From assembly GCF_963921235.1 (NCBI RefSeq), contig NC_086100.1:202618001-202682000 (forward strand): 64,000 nucleotides of DNA, read 5' to 3'. Positions 18,001 through 29,786 of the stretch are shown here, in pieces; the first letter of the stretch is position 1, and the number at the start of each line of letters is the position of its first letter. Both the position numbers and the translations under genes were made by a program. This stretch comes from Mobula hypostoma. Lineage: Eukaryota. Under the pieces are notes generated by a model. It had not been told where the DNA came from. It worked only from the letters and a program-made list of their open reading frames with translations, and did no database searches.

Positions 18001-21000
18001 ACCGACACATAAACAACCCACAACCACTGAACCACCTACACAGAAACACCCCACACCCACTGAACCACCGACACAGAAACACAACACACCCACTGACACC
18101 GACAAAGAAACAGCCCACAGCCACTGACACCTACACAGAAACTCCGCACACTCACTGATAAACACACAGAAACACCCCACACCCACTGACACCTACACAG
18201 AAACAACCCACACCCACTGAACCACCGACACAGAAACACCCCACACCCACTGACACCTACAGAGAAATACCCCACACCCACAGACATCTACAGAGAAACA
18301 TCCCACACCCACTGGACTACCTACACACAAACACCCCACACCCTCTGATACCGACACAGGAACACCCCGCACCTACTGACACCTACACAGAAACACCCCA
18401 CACCCACTGAATCACTTACACAAAAACACCCCACACCCACTGTCACCTACAGAGAAATACCCCACACCCACTGAACCACCTACACAGAAACACCCCACAC
18501 CCACTGACACCTACACAGAAACACCCCACACCCACTGTCACCTACAGAGAAATACCCCACACCCACTGAACCACCTACACAGAAACACCACACACCCACT
18601 GACACCTACACAGAAACACCCCACATCCACTGACATCTACACCATAACACCCCACACCCACTGAACCACCGACACAGAAACACCACACACCCACTGACAC
18701 CGACAAAGAAACAGCCCACAGCCACTGACACCTACACAGAAACTCCCAACACCCACTGACAAACACACAGAAACACCCCACACCCACTGACACCTACACA
18801 GAAACAACCCACACCCACTGAACCACCGACACAGAAACACCCCACACCCACTGACACCTACAGAGAAATACCCCACACCCACAGACATCTACAGAGAAAC
18901 ATCCCACACCCACTGGACTACCTACACACAAACACCCCACACCCACCGATACCGACACAGGAACACACCCCACATCCACCCCACATCCAATTCCACCTGC
19001 ACAGAAACACCACACAGCCGCTGACACCTACACAGAAACACCCCACACCCACTGAGTCCTACACAGAAGCACCCCACACCCACTGACACCTACACAGAAA
19101 CACCACACACCCACTGACACAGACAAAGAAACAGCCCAAAGCCACTGACACCTACACAGAAACTCCCCACACCCAGTGACAAACACACAGAAACACCCCA
19201 CACCCACTGACACCTACACAGAAACACCCCACACCCACTGACACCTACACAGAACACCCCACACCCACCAACAGATATACAGAAACACCCCACACCTACT
19301 GAACCACCGACACAGAAACACCACACACCCACTGACACAGACAAAGAAACAGCCCAAAGCCACTGACACCTACACAGAAACTCACCACACCCACTGACAA
19401 ACACACAGAAACACCCCACACCCACTGACACCTACACAGAAACAACCCACACCCACTGAACCACCGACACAGAAACACCCCACACCCACCAACAGATACA
19501 CAGAAACACCCCACACCTACTGAACCACCGACACAGAAACACCACACACCCACTGACACCTACACAGAAACACCCTACACCCACTGAACCACCTACACAG
19601 AAACACCCCACACCCACTGACACCTACACAGAAACCCCCAGACCCACTGACACTGACACAGGAACTCCTGACACCCACTGACACCGACACAGAAAGACCC
19701 CACAGCCACCGACTCTACTCAGAAACACCCCGCACCCACGGACACCTACACAGAAACAGCCAGCACCCACTGACAAATACACAGAAACATCCCACACCCA
19801 CTGAACCACCAACACAGAAACACCCCGCACCCACTGACTCCTACACAGAAACACCCCACACCCACTGAACAACCGACACAGAAACACCCTGCAACCACTG
19901 ACACCTACACAGATACACCCCACACTGACACCTACACAGAAACACCCCACACCCACTGACACCTACATAGAAACACCCCACACCCACTGACACTTTCACA
20001 GAACACCCCACAGCCACTGACAAATATACAGAACACCCCACACCCACTGACAAATACACAGAAACACCCCACACCCACTGAACGACCTACACAGAAACAC
20101 CCCACACCCACTGAACCACCGACACAGAAACACCCCACGCCCACTGACACCTATAGAGAAATACCCCACACCCACAGACATCTACAGAGAAACACCCCAC
20201 ACCCACTGACACCTACACAGAATACCCCACACCCACTGACACCTACAAAGAAACACCCCACACCCACTGAACCACCTACACAGAAACACCCCACACCCAC
20301 TGAACCACCGACACAGAAACACCCTGCAACCACTGACACCTACACAGAAAAACCCCACACCCACTGACACCTACACAGATACACCCCACACTGACACCTA
20401 CAGAGAAACACCCCACACCCACTGACACCTGCATAGAAACACCCCACATCCACTGACACTTTCACAGAACACCCCACAGCCACTGACAAATAGACAGAAC
20501 CCCACACCCACTGACAAATACACAGAAACACCCCACACCCACTTAACCACCTACACAGAAACACCCCACACCCACTGAACTACCTACACAGAAACACCCC
20601 ACACCCACTGAACCACCGACACAGAAACACCCCACGCCCACTGACAGCTATAGAGAAATACCCCACACCCACAGACATCTACAAGGAAACACCCCACACC
20701 CACTGAACCACTTACACAAAAACAGCCCACACCCACTGACACCTACACAGAATACCCCACACCCACTAAGAAATACACAGAAACACCCCACACCCACTGA
20801 ACCACCTACACAGAAACACCCCGCACCCACTGAACCACCGACACAGAAACACTCCGCACCCTCTGACCCCTACACAGAAACACCCCACACCCACTGACAC
20901 CTACACAGAAACACCCCACACCCACTGACAAATACACAGAAACACCCCACGCCCACTGACAAATACACAGATACACCCCACACCCACTGACGCCTACAAA

Positions 21001-24000
21001 GAAACACCCTACACCCACTGACACCTACACAGAAACACCCCACACCCACTGACACCTACACAGAAACACCCCGCACCCACTGAACCACCTACACAGAAAC
21101 ACCCCACACCCACTGACACCTACACCATAACACCCCACACCCACTGAACCACCGACACAGAAACACCACACACCCACTGACAAACACACAGAAACACCCC
21201 ACACCCACTGACACCTACACAGAAACATCCCACACCCACTGACACCTACACAGAAACAACCCACACCCACTGAACCACCGACACAGAAACACCCCACACC
21301 CACTGAAACCTACAGAGAAATACCCCACACCCACAGACATCTATAGAGAAACACCCCACACCCACTGGACTACCTACACACAAACACCCCACACCCACTG
21401 ACACCGACACAGGAACACCCCGCACCCACTGACACCTACACAGAAACACCCCACACCCACTGAACCACTTACACAAAAACACCCCACACCCACTGACACC
21501 TACAGAGAAACACCCTACACCAACTGACACCGACACATAAACAACCCACAACCACTGAACCACCTACACAGAAACACCCCACACCCACTGAACCACCGAC
21601 ACAGAAACACCACACACCCACTGACACCGACAAAGAAACAACCCACAGCCACTGACACCTACACAGAAACTCCGCACACTCACTGATAAACACACAGAAA
21701 CACCCCACACCCACTGACACCTACACAGAAACAACCCACACCCACTGAACCACCGACACAGAAACACCCCACACCCACTGACACCTACAGAGAAATACCC
21801 CACACCCACAGACATCTACAGAGAAACATCCCACACCCACTGGACTACCTACACACAAACACCCCACACCCACTGATACCGACACAGGAACACCCCGCAC
21901 CTACTGACACCTACACAGAAACACCCCACACCCACTGAATCACTTACACAAAAACACCCCACACCCACTGTCACCTACAGAGAAATACTCCACACCCACT
22001 GAACCACCTACACAGAAACACCCCACACCCACTGACACCTACACAGAAACACCCCACACCCACTGTCACCTACAGAGAAATACCCCACACCCACTGAACC
22101 ACCTACACAGAAACACCACACACCCACTGACATCTACACCATAACACCCCACACCCACTGACATCTACACCATAACAAGCCACACCCACTGAACCACTTA
22201 CACAAAAACACCCCACACCCACTGACACCTACAGAGAAACACCCCACACCCACTGACACCTACAGAGAAACACCCTACACCAACTGACACCGACACATAA
22301 ACAACCCACACCCACTGAACCACCTACACAGAAACACCCCACACCCACTGAACCACCGACACAGAAACACCACACACCCACTGACACCGACAAAGAAACA
22401 GCCCACAGCCACTGACACCTACACAGAAACTCCCCACACCCACTGACAAACACACAGAAACACCCCACACCCACTGACACCTACACAGAAACAACCCACA
22501 CCCACTGAACCACCGACACAGAAACACCCCACACCCACTGACATCTACACCATAACACCCCACACCCACTGAACCACCGACACAGAAACATCACACACCC
22601 ACTGACACCGACAAAGAAACAGCCCACAGCCACTGACACCTACACAGAAACTCCCCACACCCACTGACAAACACACAGAAACACCCCACACCCACTGACA
22701 CCTACACAGAAACAACCCACACCCACTGAACCACCGACACAGAAACACCCCACACCCACTGACACCTACAGAGAAATACCCCACACCCACAGACATCTAC
22801 AGAGAAACATCCCACACCCACTGGATTACCTACACACAAACACCCCACACCCACCGATACCGACACAGGAACACCCCGCACCTACTGACACCTACACAGA
22901 AACACCCCACACCCACTGAATCACTTACACAAAAACACCCCACACCCACTGTCACCTACAGAGAAATACCCCACACCCACTGAACCACCTACACAGAAAC
23001 ACCCCACACCCACTGACACCTACACAGAAACACCCCACACCCACTGAACCACCTACACAGAAACACCCCACACCCACTGACACCTACACAGAAAAACCCC
23101 ACACCCACTGAACCACCTACACAGAAACACCCCACACCCACTGACACCTACACAGAAACACCCCGCACCCACGGACACCTACACAGAAACAGTCAGCACC
23201 CACTGACACCTACACAGAAACACTCCACACCCACTGAACCACCTACATACACCCCACATCCAATTCCACCTGCACAGAAACACCACACAGCCGCTGACAC
23301 CTACACAGAAACACCCCACACCCACTGACACCTACACAAAAACACCCCACACCCACTGAGTCCTACACAGAAGCACCCCACACTCACTGAACCACCGACA
23401 CGGAAACACACTACACCCACTGACACCTACACAGAAACAACCCACACCCACTGAACCACCGACACAGAAACACCCCACACCCACTGACACCTACAGAGAA
23501 ATACCCCACACCCACAGACATCTACAGAGAAACATCCCACACCCACTGGACTACCTACACACAAACACCCCACACCCACCGATACCGACACAGGAACACC
23601 CCGCACCTACTGACACCTACACAGAAACACCCCACACCCACTGAATCACTTACACAAAAACACCCCACACCCACTGTCACCTACAGAGAAATACCCCACA
23701 CCCACTGAACCACCTACACAGAAACACCCCACACCCACTGACACCTACACAGAAACACCCCACACCCACTGAACCACCTACACAGAAACACCCCACACCC
23801 ACTGACACCTACACAGAAACACCCCACACCCACTGAACCACCTACACAGAAACACCCCACACCCACTGACACCTACACAGAAACACCCCGCACCCACGGA
23901 CACCTACACAGAAACAGTCAGCACCCACTGACACCTACACAGAAACACTCCACACCCACTGAACCACCTACATACACCCCACATCCAATTCCACCTGCAC

Positions 24001-24760
24001 AGAAACACCACACAGCCGCTGACACCTACACAGAAACACCCCACAGCCACTGACACCTACACAAAAACACCCCACACCCACTGAGTCCTACACAGAAGCA
24101 CCCCACACTCACTGAACCACCGACACGGAAACACACTACACCCACTGACACCTACACAGAAACACCCCAGACCCACTGAACTACCTACACAGAAACATCC
24201 CACACCCAGTGACACCTACACAGAAATCCCCAGACCCACTGACACCTACACAGAAACACCCCACACCCACTGATAACTACAAAGAAATAGCCCACACCCG
24301 CTGACGCCTACAGAGAAACACCCCACACCCACTGACACCTACACAGAAACACCCCACACCCACTGACAAATACACAGAAACACCCCGCTCCTACTGACAC
24401 CTACACAGAAACACCCCACACCCAGACACCTACACAGAAACACCCCGCACCCACTGACACCTATACAGAAACACCCCACACCCACTGAACCACCGACACA
24501 GAAACACCCCACACCCACTGACACCTACTCCCAAAGACCCCACACCCACTGAACCACCGAGATAGAAACACCCTACGCCCACTGAACCACCTATACAGAA
24601 ACACCCCACACCCACAGACACCGACACAGCAACACCCCACACCCACTGACACCGACACATAAACACCCCACACCCACTGACAGCTACACAGAAACACCCC
24701 ACACCCACTGAACCACCTACACAGAAACACCCCGCACTCAATGACCCCTACACAGAAATT
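1..24760. repeat. Satellite array of 31-bp (CCCACTGACACCTACACAGAAACACCCCACA) and 33-bp (CCCACTGAACCACCTACACAGAAACACCCCACA) monomers, roughly 770 copies by length; continues off the left edge
   Basis: Monomers read directly throughout the region. The array decays into unique sequence at ~24,740-24,800. The ORF track shows only low-complexity periodic translations. Confidence 0.98.
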
Positions 24761-24989
24761 CCTACTCCAATGAAATCCCCAAAGATCCTATACAGTAAAA
24801 CTCACAGTCCCACCAAATCTCCTGTCCCACCACCCCCTACCTTCCACAGCAGAAAGAAATCACTTTCTGAAAGAAGATGTCAGTTTGCTGCAGCAGACAC
24901 GGAGAATCGCAACTGATTCCACAAATATTTTCAGAGCAAATGGATTGCAAGGGACCCCAATTCCTCTCAGCTCGAGTCTCCCTCCTTTC

Positions 24990-25860
24990 CCAGCCCATAT
25001 CCCTTTAGCCTTGACCAATCAAGATTTTATCCATCTCTGCCTTTTATATATGTAACATGCGAGTGAGTTATGTGTACATAAAGCCTTGGTAGCCTCAGCT
25101 GCTTGTGACAAAGAAAATCCACAGAATCATCACTTTCTTGCTGAGTAAATGACTGCTCATCTCTGTTGTAAAAGGACGTCCCTCTATTCTGAAGCTGTGT
25201 CCTCTGGTCTTAGACTCTCGCAGCACAGGAAACATCCTCTCTACATACACTCTATTAAGGCCTATTACCAGTCAATGGTTTTCAATTAGATGATCCTCAT
25301 CCCTCTGAATTCCAGTGAGCACAAGCCCAGAGTCATTGAACACTCTTCAGATGACGAGCCATTCAATCCTGGAATCATTTCTGTCAACCTCCTTGAACCC
25401 TCTCCAGTTTCAGCAGATGCTTTCTAAGATAAGGGGCCCAAAACTGCTCACAATGCTCCAAGTGATGCCTCAATAATGTTTTATGATGTCTCAACATAAC
25501 ATCCCTGCATTTATATTCTCGTCCCCTTGAAATGAATGTTAACATCACATTTGCCTCCCTCACCACACACTCAATCTGCATATTTGCCTTTAGGAAATTC
25601 TGTACAAGGACTCCCAAGTCCCTTTGGGCTTCAGATTTTTGTGCTTTCTCTGCACTTAGAAAATAGTCAACCCTTCCATTTCTTCTCCCAGAGTGCATCA
25701 CCATACTCTTCCGAACACTGTAATCCATCTCAAAGAGAAAATCTGCGGATGCTGGAAATCCAAGCAAAACACACAAAATGCTGGAGGAACTTAGCAGGTC
25801 CATTTGTCATCTCTTTGCCCATTCTCCTAACCTACCTAACTCCATCTGTAACCTCTCTAC
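24990..25860 (-). mobile_element. Old CR1 LINE 3' fragment (ORF2 C-terminus and 3' UTR)
   Basis: ORF 25384..25803 contains QRDLGVLVQ, ISRGREYK, LEHCEQFWAPYLRK and LERVQ, which match CR1 ORF2 C-terminal motifs seen elsewhere in the window. Confidence 0.85.
25732..25800. repeat. Short fragment of an interspersed repeat (CTGCGGATGCTGGAAATCC...ACACAAAATGCTGGAGGAACTTAGCAGG) inside the CR1; a weaker relative lies at ~29,665-29,722
   Basis: It interrupts the CR1 text. I recall it as a common elasmobranch repeat end, possibly Penelope-associated, but the family cannot be verified here. Confidence 0.45.
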
Positions 25861-26020
25861 TTCCTCAATCCATTTGCAGAGCCAAAACAGATGAGGGATT
25901 TGTTAAATACATTTTTTTTCATCTGGATTTAGTCAGGAAAAGGACTCTGAGTTTACAGAAGACAAAGTGGCATCAACTTCATGGACTCTGTACAGATTAC
26001 AGAGCAGGTAGGACGGACAG

Positions 26021-27392
26021 AGAACATAGAAAACCCACAGCACAATACAGGCCCTTCAGCCCACAAAGCTGTGCCGAACATGTCCCTACTTCGAAATTAC
26101 TGTAACATGCTGTAAGGTTTCACTGATAATGTAATGGTTTCTCTGTAGCAGCAATGTTTGGGTTATGACTAGAGATAACGGGGTTTGGAATGCTGTTGTT
26201 CTTTCTTGTGAATCTGGAAGAGAGATTTTCGCGGACTTTTGCCGGGGAGAGATGAGGAGAGAAGACGCGAATGGAGAGAGTTGGTAGACCGCCGGACAGG
26301 GTGGACTTGGGAGCGAGGGTCCGAAGGGCAGCTATGATCGGAGGAGGTCAACGGTGGACGATCAACTTATCAGTGAGCTCTAAATGTGCACAACAGACTG
26401 TTTCATAAGTTTGGGCCCTTTTTCTTTTTTTTGTTTCTTTACTAACCACATAGTCAAATTAAGAATTATAAAGCTTAATCATTTAATTGCATATTGTGTA
26501 CTGTTTGTTATTTTGACGTACTGATTTGTAACAGGGGACACATCACGCAGCATCCACCTAAGCGACATTTCTAAAGATAGGCCGGGCTGCTAGCCGAAGC
26601 GAAAGTTACATTTCCTCGGGTAACCCATAGCCCTCTATTTTTCTAAGCTCCATGTACCTATCCAGAAGTCTCTTAAAAGACCCTATCGTATCCACCTCCA
26701 CCACTGTCACCGGCAGCCCGTTCTGCGCACTCACCACTCTCTGCGTAAAAAAAACTAACCTCTGTACCTACTTCCAAGCACCTTAAAAATATGCCCTCTC
26801 ATATTAGCCATTTCAGCCCTGGCAAAAAGCCTCTGACCATCCACACGATCAATGCCTCTCATTATCTTGTACACCTCTATCAGGTCACCTCTCATCCTCT
26901 GCCGCTCCAAGGAGAAAAGGCCAAATTCACTCAACCTATTCTCATAAGGCATGCTCTCCAATCCAGGCAACATTCTTGTAAATCTCCTCTGCACCCTTTC
27001 TATGGTTTCCACATGCTTCTTGTAGTGAGGCGACCAGAACTGAGCACGGTGCTCCAAGTGGGATCTGACCAGGGTCCTATATAGCTGCAACATTTTCAAC
27101 TCCTAAACTCAATCCCATGATTGATGAAGGCCAATGCACCGTATGCCTTCTTAACCACAGGGTCAACCTGTGCAGCAGCTTTGTGTCCAATCGACTCAGA
27201 CCCCAAGATCCCTCTGATCCTCCACACTGCCAAGAGTCTTACTATTAATACTATATTCTGCCATATTTGACCTACCAAAATGAACCAGCTCACACTAATC
27301 TGGGTTGAACTCCAACTGCCACTTCTCAGCCCAGTTTTGCATCCTCTCAATGTCCCGCCGTAACGTCTGACAGCCCTCCACACTATCCACAG
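26021..27392 (-). mobile_element. 5'-truncated CR1 LINE, with its 3' UTR split by a solo LTR
   Basis: ORFs 26755..27099 and 27096..27383 give CR1 ORF2 motifs (VKKAYGALAFI, QFWSPHYKK, RGDLIEVYKIMRG). The tail AGAACATAGAAA is at ~26,021. The UTR text resumes after 26,610. Confidence 0.9.
26101..26610. mobile_element. Solo LTR (510 bp)
   Basis: Starts TGTAAC and ends GTTACA (TG..CA, 6-bp inverted termini). Flanked by TTAC / TTTC (4-bp TSD with one mismatch). Interrupts a CR1 3' UTR and has no internal coding sequence. Confidence 0.75.
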
Positions 27393-27448
27393 GTGTTTGC
27401 TGTCCTGGGAAAAATCAGAGGGGATAAATCCCCATGGCCTGACAAGTT

Positions 27449-27942
27449 CATAAGATCATAAGACATGGGAGCAGAATTAGGCCATTCAGCCCATTGAGTC
27501 TGCTTCACCATTCTATCATGAGAGATCTCGGATCCCACTCCACCCCACACACCTGACTTCTCACCATGTCCTTTGATGCCCTGACCGATCAGGAAATGAT
27601 CAACTTCTGCTTTAAATATACTGATGGACTTGGCCTCCATCGCAGTCTGTGGAACAGTATTCCACAGATTCACTACTCTCTAGCTAAAAATATACCTGCT
27701 TACCTCTGTTCTAAAAGGTGGCCCCTCAATTTTGAGGCTGTTCTGGATACCCCCACCACAGGAAACCTCCTCTCCACATCCACCTTAATTAGTCCTTTCA
27801 ACATTCAGTAGGTTTCAATGAGATCCCCTGCATTCCTCTAAATTCACAAGCCCAAAGCTGCCAAACACTCCTCATATGTTAACCCCTTCATTGCTCCTCA
27901 CAGGTTAACCGCTTCATTGCTGGGATCATCCTCGTGAACCTC
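27449..27942 (-). mobile_element. CR1 3' fragment with (TCTTATGA)-type tail
   Basis: CATAAGATCATAAGAC tail on the + strand; ORF 27383..27673 NLWNTVPQTAMEAKSISIFKAEVD matches the CR1 ORF2 end. Confidence 0.85.
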
Positions 27943-28129
27943 CGTCAGTACAGATCTGTGCGGAACACCACCAGTGATGGACCTCCAGCCAGAGTAATAT
28001 CACAAACAGCAGAGATCCCAGTAGGGATTCCTGCAGAACACCACCATTCACAGATGTTTCAGATGCAGGAAGAAAGGCACAGAACAATACTGTGTTATCA
28101 CAGGCCAGCGGGACATGGCCTATGTCCCT

Positions 28130-28945
28130 CTCATCATTTCAGAAAAGTGAATCCAATCAAACACAGTCAACACGGTATGATGAAAGGTAAACAATATTTG
28201 ACCTTTTTTTGCTCAGATTTCTTGAGGATGTAACAGGAAGAGTTTACAGTAGATATTGTGCATTTAGATTTCCAAAAGGCACAAATTGCCACATAACAGG
28301 CTGGTGCATTAAGGTAGATCTCTGGTTTCAGGAAGCAGTGTGTTGGCATGGATAATAAGCCATTGGCACACTTCATTATTCAAAGTATGTTATGTTGAAG
28401 TTCTACAAGACATTGGTGAGGCCTAATTTGGATTATTATTTGCACTTTTGGTCACCACCCACAAGAAAGATGTAAATAAGATTGAAAGAGTGCAGAGAAA
28501 ATTTACAAGGATGTTGTTGGTCTGGAGGACCTGAGTTATAAGGAAAGATTGAATAGGTTAGGACTGTATTCTTTAAATCATAGAAGACTGAGGAGAGATT
28601 TGATAGATGTATACAAAAATTATGAGGGGTATAGATAGGGTAAACGTAAGCTGCCTTTTCCACTGAGGTTGGATGGGACTACAACCAGAGGTCATGGGTT
28701 AAGGGTGAAAGGTGAAATGCTTAAGGAGAACATGATGGGAAACATCTTCACTCAGTGGATCATGACAGCAAGGAACAAGCTGCCAATAAAAGTGGTGCAT
28801 GTGATTTCAATTTCAACATTTAAGAGAAATGTTTATATGTACATGGATGGCAGGGATATGGACGGCTGTGGTCAAGGTGCAGATCAGTGGAACCAGGCAG
28901 TTTAAATGAGGGACCAAAGCGTATGTTTCTGTGCTGTAGTGTTCA
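28130..28945 (+). mobile_element. Degenerate CR1 remnants: an RT piece at ~28,130-28,300 and a 3' fragment at ~28,385-28,945
   Basis: SQHGMMKGKQYLT and DIVHLDFQKA-like text, followed by KTLVRPNL and TTTRGHGLRVKGE motifs. Confidence 0.75.
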
Positions 28946-28971
28946 AGAAGGGCCCTTATGTACTGGATGGA

Positions 28972-29378
28972 ATGTGTTGGCATGGATCAGTCAGGCCCAT
29001 TCCCAACAGGGGGGAGGGTGTTGGCATGGATTAGACGAGCCGTTTTCCAACGGGGGGAGTGGGGTGTGCTGGCATGGATGATAAATCACAAAGATTTTTC
29101 CAACAGGCGGGAGTGTGTTGGCATGGATTAGACAGGCCTGTTTCCAACAGGAGGGCGTGTGTTGGCATGGATTAGACAGGCCTGTTTCCAACAGGCGGGA
29201 GTGTGTTGGCATGGATTAGACAGGCCTGTTTCCAACAGGAGGGCGTGTGTTGGCATGGATTAGACAGGCCTGTTTCCAACAGGGGAGAGTGTGTTGGCAT
29301 GGATTAGACAGGCCCGTTTCCAACAGGAGGGAATGTGTTGGCATGGATTATAGGCCACAGACTTTCCCAACAGGAGGG
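28972..29378. repeat. 44-bp minisatellite, ~9 copies (GTGTGTTGGCATGGATTAGACAGGCCTGTTTCCAACAGGAGGGC)
   Basis: Unit starts at 29113, 29157 and 29201 (period 44); the outer copies are degenerate. Confidence 0.92.
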
Positions 29379-29438
29379 ATATAACGTGAGGATTGGTTCT
29401 TGGGCCTCTTTTTCTTTCTGTTCATCAATGTCCTGCAG

Positions 29439-29485
29439 AGGAAACAAAGTGAGAACTCGCCGAGTTTGCTCCTATACGAAAACAG
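29439..29485 (+). other. Candidate 47-nt internal exon of an unidentified gene or lncRNA
   Basis: Long pyrimidine tract CTCTTTTTCTTTCTGTTC...CCTGCAG before it and CAG|GTAGAA after it; non-repeat sequence; no recognisable homology. Confidence 0.3.
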
Positions 29486-29786
29486 GTAGAAGGGCCTGGA
29501 TGATGAGACCATTGAAATTAAGGTCAAACATGCAGAGCTGGAGGTCAGATCAGGTAACAGGTACGAGGTGAAAACAGTCAAATATTTGAAAGATGGAACG
29601 TTGAGGTTGATGGGAAGCTGGCACAGAGGAGGAGTCGTGGTGGGGGCACATGAGACGGACAATGCTAGAATCCAGATTCACACACTGCCAGAGGAACTCA
29701 GCAGCTCAAGCAACATCTGTGGGGCTGGATTGAAATCTCAATGTGTCAGGAAAAAGAGAGCATCAGAACTGAGAAGGGAGAATGGC

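Noticed and set aside
76..24741. Over a hundred Cys/Gly/Val-rich minus-strand ORFs (keratin-associated or metallothionein-like look) and a Pro/Thr/His mucin-like plus ORF
   Set aside because: They are translations of the 31/33-bp satellite. The 31-bp period shifts frame, stops recur in all frames, and no frame is preserved.
1..24760. CRISPR-like appearance of ~30-bp repeats
   Set aside because: The repeats are head-to-tail with no unique spacers, there are no cas genes, and the context is vertebrate retroelements.
24841..24866. Possible 26-nt minus-strand micro-exon (TCTTCTTTCAG|...GAAG|GTAGGG)
   Set aside because: Too short to distinguish from chance, no partner exon in a convincing phase, and it conflicts with a plus-strand acceptor at the same place.
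25732..25800. Possible hammerhead ribozyme associated with a Penelope-like repeat end
   Set aside because: No CTGATGA...GAAA catalytic core is visible in or next to the fragment.
25536..26105. 189-aa plus-strand ORF
   Set aside because: It crosses an antisense CR1 remnant, an inserted repeat and a CR1 tail, so it is a chance composite.
28143..28186. Apparent plus-strand exon (TTTCAG|...GAAAG|GTAAAC)
   Set aside because: The sequence is a decayed CR1 RT segment (SQHGMMKGKQYLT corresponds to SQHGFxKGKSCLT), so the splice signals are probably incidental.
28972..29378. Palindromic repeat array resembling CRISPR repeats
   Set aside because: No spacers; it is a simple 44-bp tandem minisatellite.
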